64,000 bases of DNA from contig JAZRRG010000042.1 of assembly GCA_045650565.1 (NCBI GenBank), positions 19,546 through 83,545 on the forward strand, read 5' to 3'. Positions 63,419 through 64,000 of the stretch are shown one piece after another. Both the position numbers and the translations under genes were made by a program. How positions within the stretch are numbered: the first letter of the stretch is position 1; every line of letters begins with the position of its first letter. This DNA is from Acutalibacteraceae bacterium (GTDB taxonomy: Bacteria; Bacillota; Clostridia; Oscillospirales; Acutalibacteraceae). The notes under the pieces are model-generated. The model saw nothing but the letters and a program-made list of their open reading frames with translations, had not been told where the DNA came from and searched no databases.

Positions 63419-64000
63419 TTATCCAATAGTAATTGTTTCGCCGGGTTTAACCGAGTAAAGTGTACCATCAATATCAAACCATACCGTTATAATTGATGGA
63501 TTGTAAACGGTATTACCGTCTGCGCTGTAGATAAGGTCCTTATATGCCTTTACATAATCATAAATTTCAATATTTGTAGCAAACCATATATCATGGCAGT
63601 CTGCAAATTTTTGACATATTTTATGCAGTAAATTAAAATCACTGTACTCGTGACCGTGTCCCCAAATATAGAAAAGACGTGGGTGACTTCTGCAACCAAT
63701 CATAGTAGGGTTTATGCCAATGTTTATAAATTCGTCTGCCCAGGCAAAGAGCTTGGGGTTATTATGGTGAGCAGTCGGTTTCCAACAGTACCAGTCATCC
63801 GGCAGATTAAAAGAATTGTTATCTTGAAGAATAGTGCGAGAATAAGCAATTCCCAAATCAGCGAGATTATGTTTTACCGAATCATAACTTGAGGAGGGGT
63901 TGAAGCGTAAAATTCCCGAATCCGGATACGCCATACCACGAATAATTTTGCCGTAGCGTTCTTCAAGTAACAGGCGGCAGTCCAAAACATCTCTAATCGC
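63419..64000 (-). CDS. Polysaccharide-deacetylase-like protein, C-terminal part (the 5' end probably lies outside the window)
   Basis: The frame is open to the window edge. PRLFYIWGHGHEYSDF and the C-terminal beta-rich tail resemble CE4-related deacetylase-family proteins (recognised from memory only). Confidence 0.5.
   Translation of the reverse strand, partial: AIRDVLDCRLLLEERYGKIIRGMAYPDSGILRFNPSSSYDSVKHNLADLGIAYSRTILQDNNSFNLPDDWYCWKPTAHHNNPKLFAWADEFINIGINPTMIGCRSHPRLFYIWGHGHEYSDFNLLHKICQKFADCHDIWFATNIEIYDYVKAYKDLIYSADGNTVYNPSIITVWFDIDGTLYSVKPGETITIG

Overview
Chromosomal segment from a low-to-mid GC anaerobic Firmicute. By gene content it looks like a Clostridia or Oscillospiraceae-type gut organism, with strong AGGAGG ribosome-binding sites and TTGACA-17-TATAAT promoters. 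I saw no rRNA, tRNA, CRISPR array, transposase, integrase or phage gene; the window is core and accessory metabolism, not a mobile island. In order, the window contains:

- The 3' end of a CapD-type sugar dehydratase gene, then pgeF.
- An amino-acid ABC transporter, an SGNH lipoprotein, and a membrane protein with a Ser/Asp/Thr repeat tail.
- A roughly 15 kb carbohydrate locus (7.3-22.1 kb). It holds two ATPase-less ABC importers, an uncharacterised propeller-Yip1 membrane protein, a 743-aa lipoprotein and a GH36 alpha-galactosidase.
- A seven-gene Bacteroidetes-style V-type ATPase operon (E, DUF2764-like, A, B, D, I, K).
- A 2337-aa surface protein with BspA-type leucine-rich repeats (LRRs), a transmembrane (TM) anchor and a 35-residue poly-Asp tail.
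- An orphan, unusually short glycyl-radical enzyme with its activase.
- An nrdG-nrdD-trxB-like cluster in which NrdD carries a fused CPNC redoxin domain, preceded by tandem NrdR boxes.
- A murD-led operon with two M42 peptidases, a GNAT protein and a YnbB-type PLP enzyme.
- Housekeeping genes: nnrD, a yabE-like gene, pyrR, mnmA, a DD-carboxypeptidase gene and pgi.
- A membrane-protein gene interrupted by an in-frame TGA.
- A candidate preQ1-I riboswitch in front of a YhhQ-type transporter gene.

The best candidates for undescribed biology are:

1. The five-gene SBP/permease/permease/propeller-Yip1/lipoprotein module.
2. The short glycyl-radical enzyme pair.
3. The self-contained redoxin-fused class III ribonucleotide reductase system.
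4. The giant LRR protein with its poly-Asp tail.

All functional calls come from motif recognition by eye. No searches were run.
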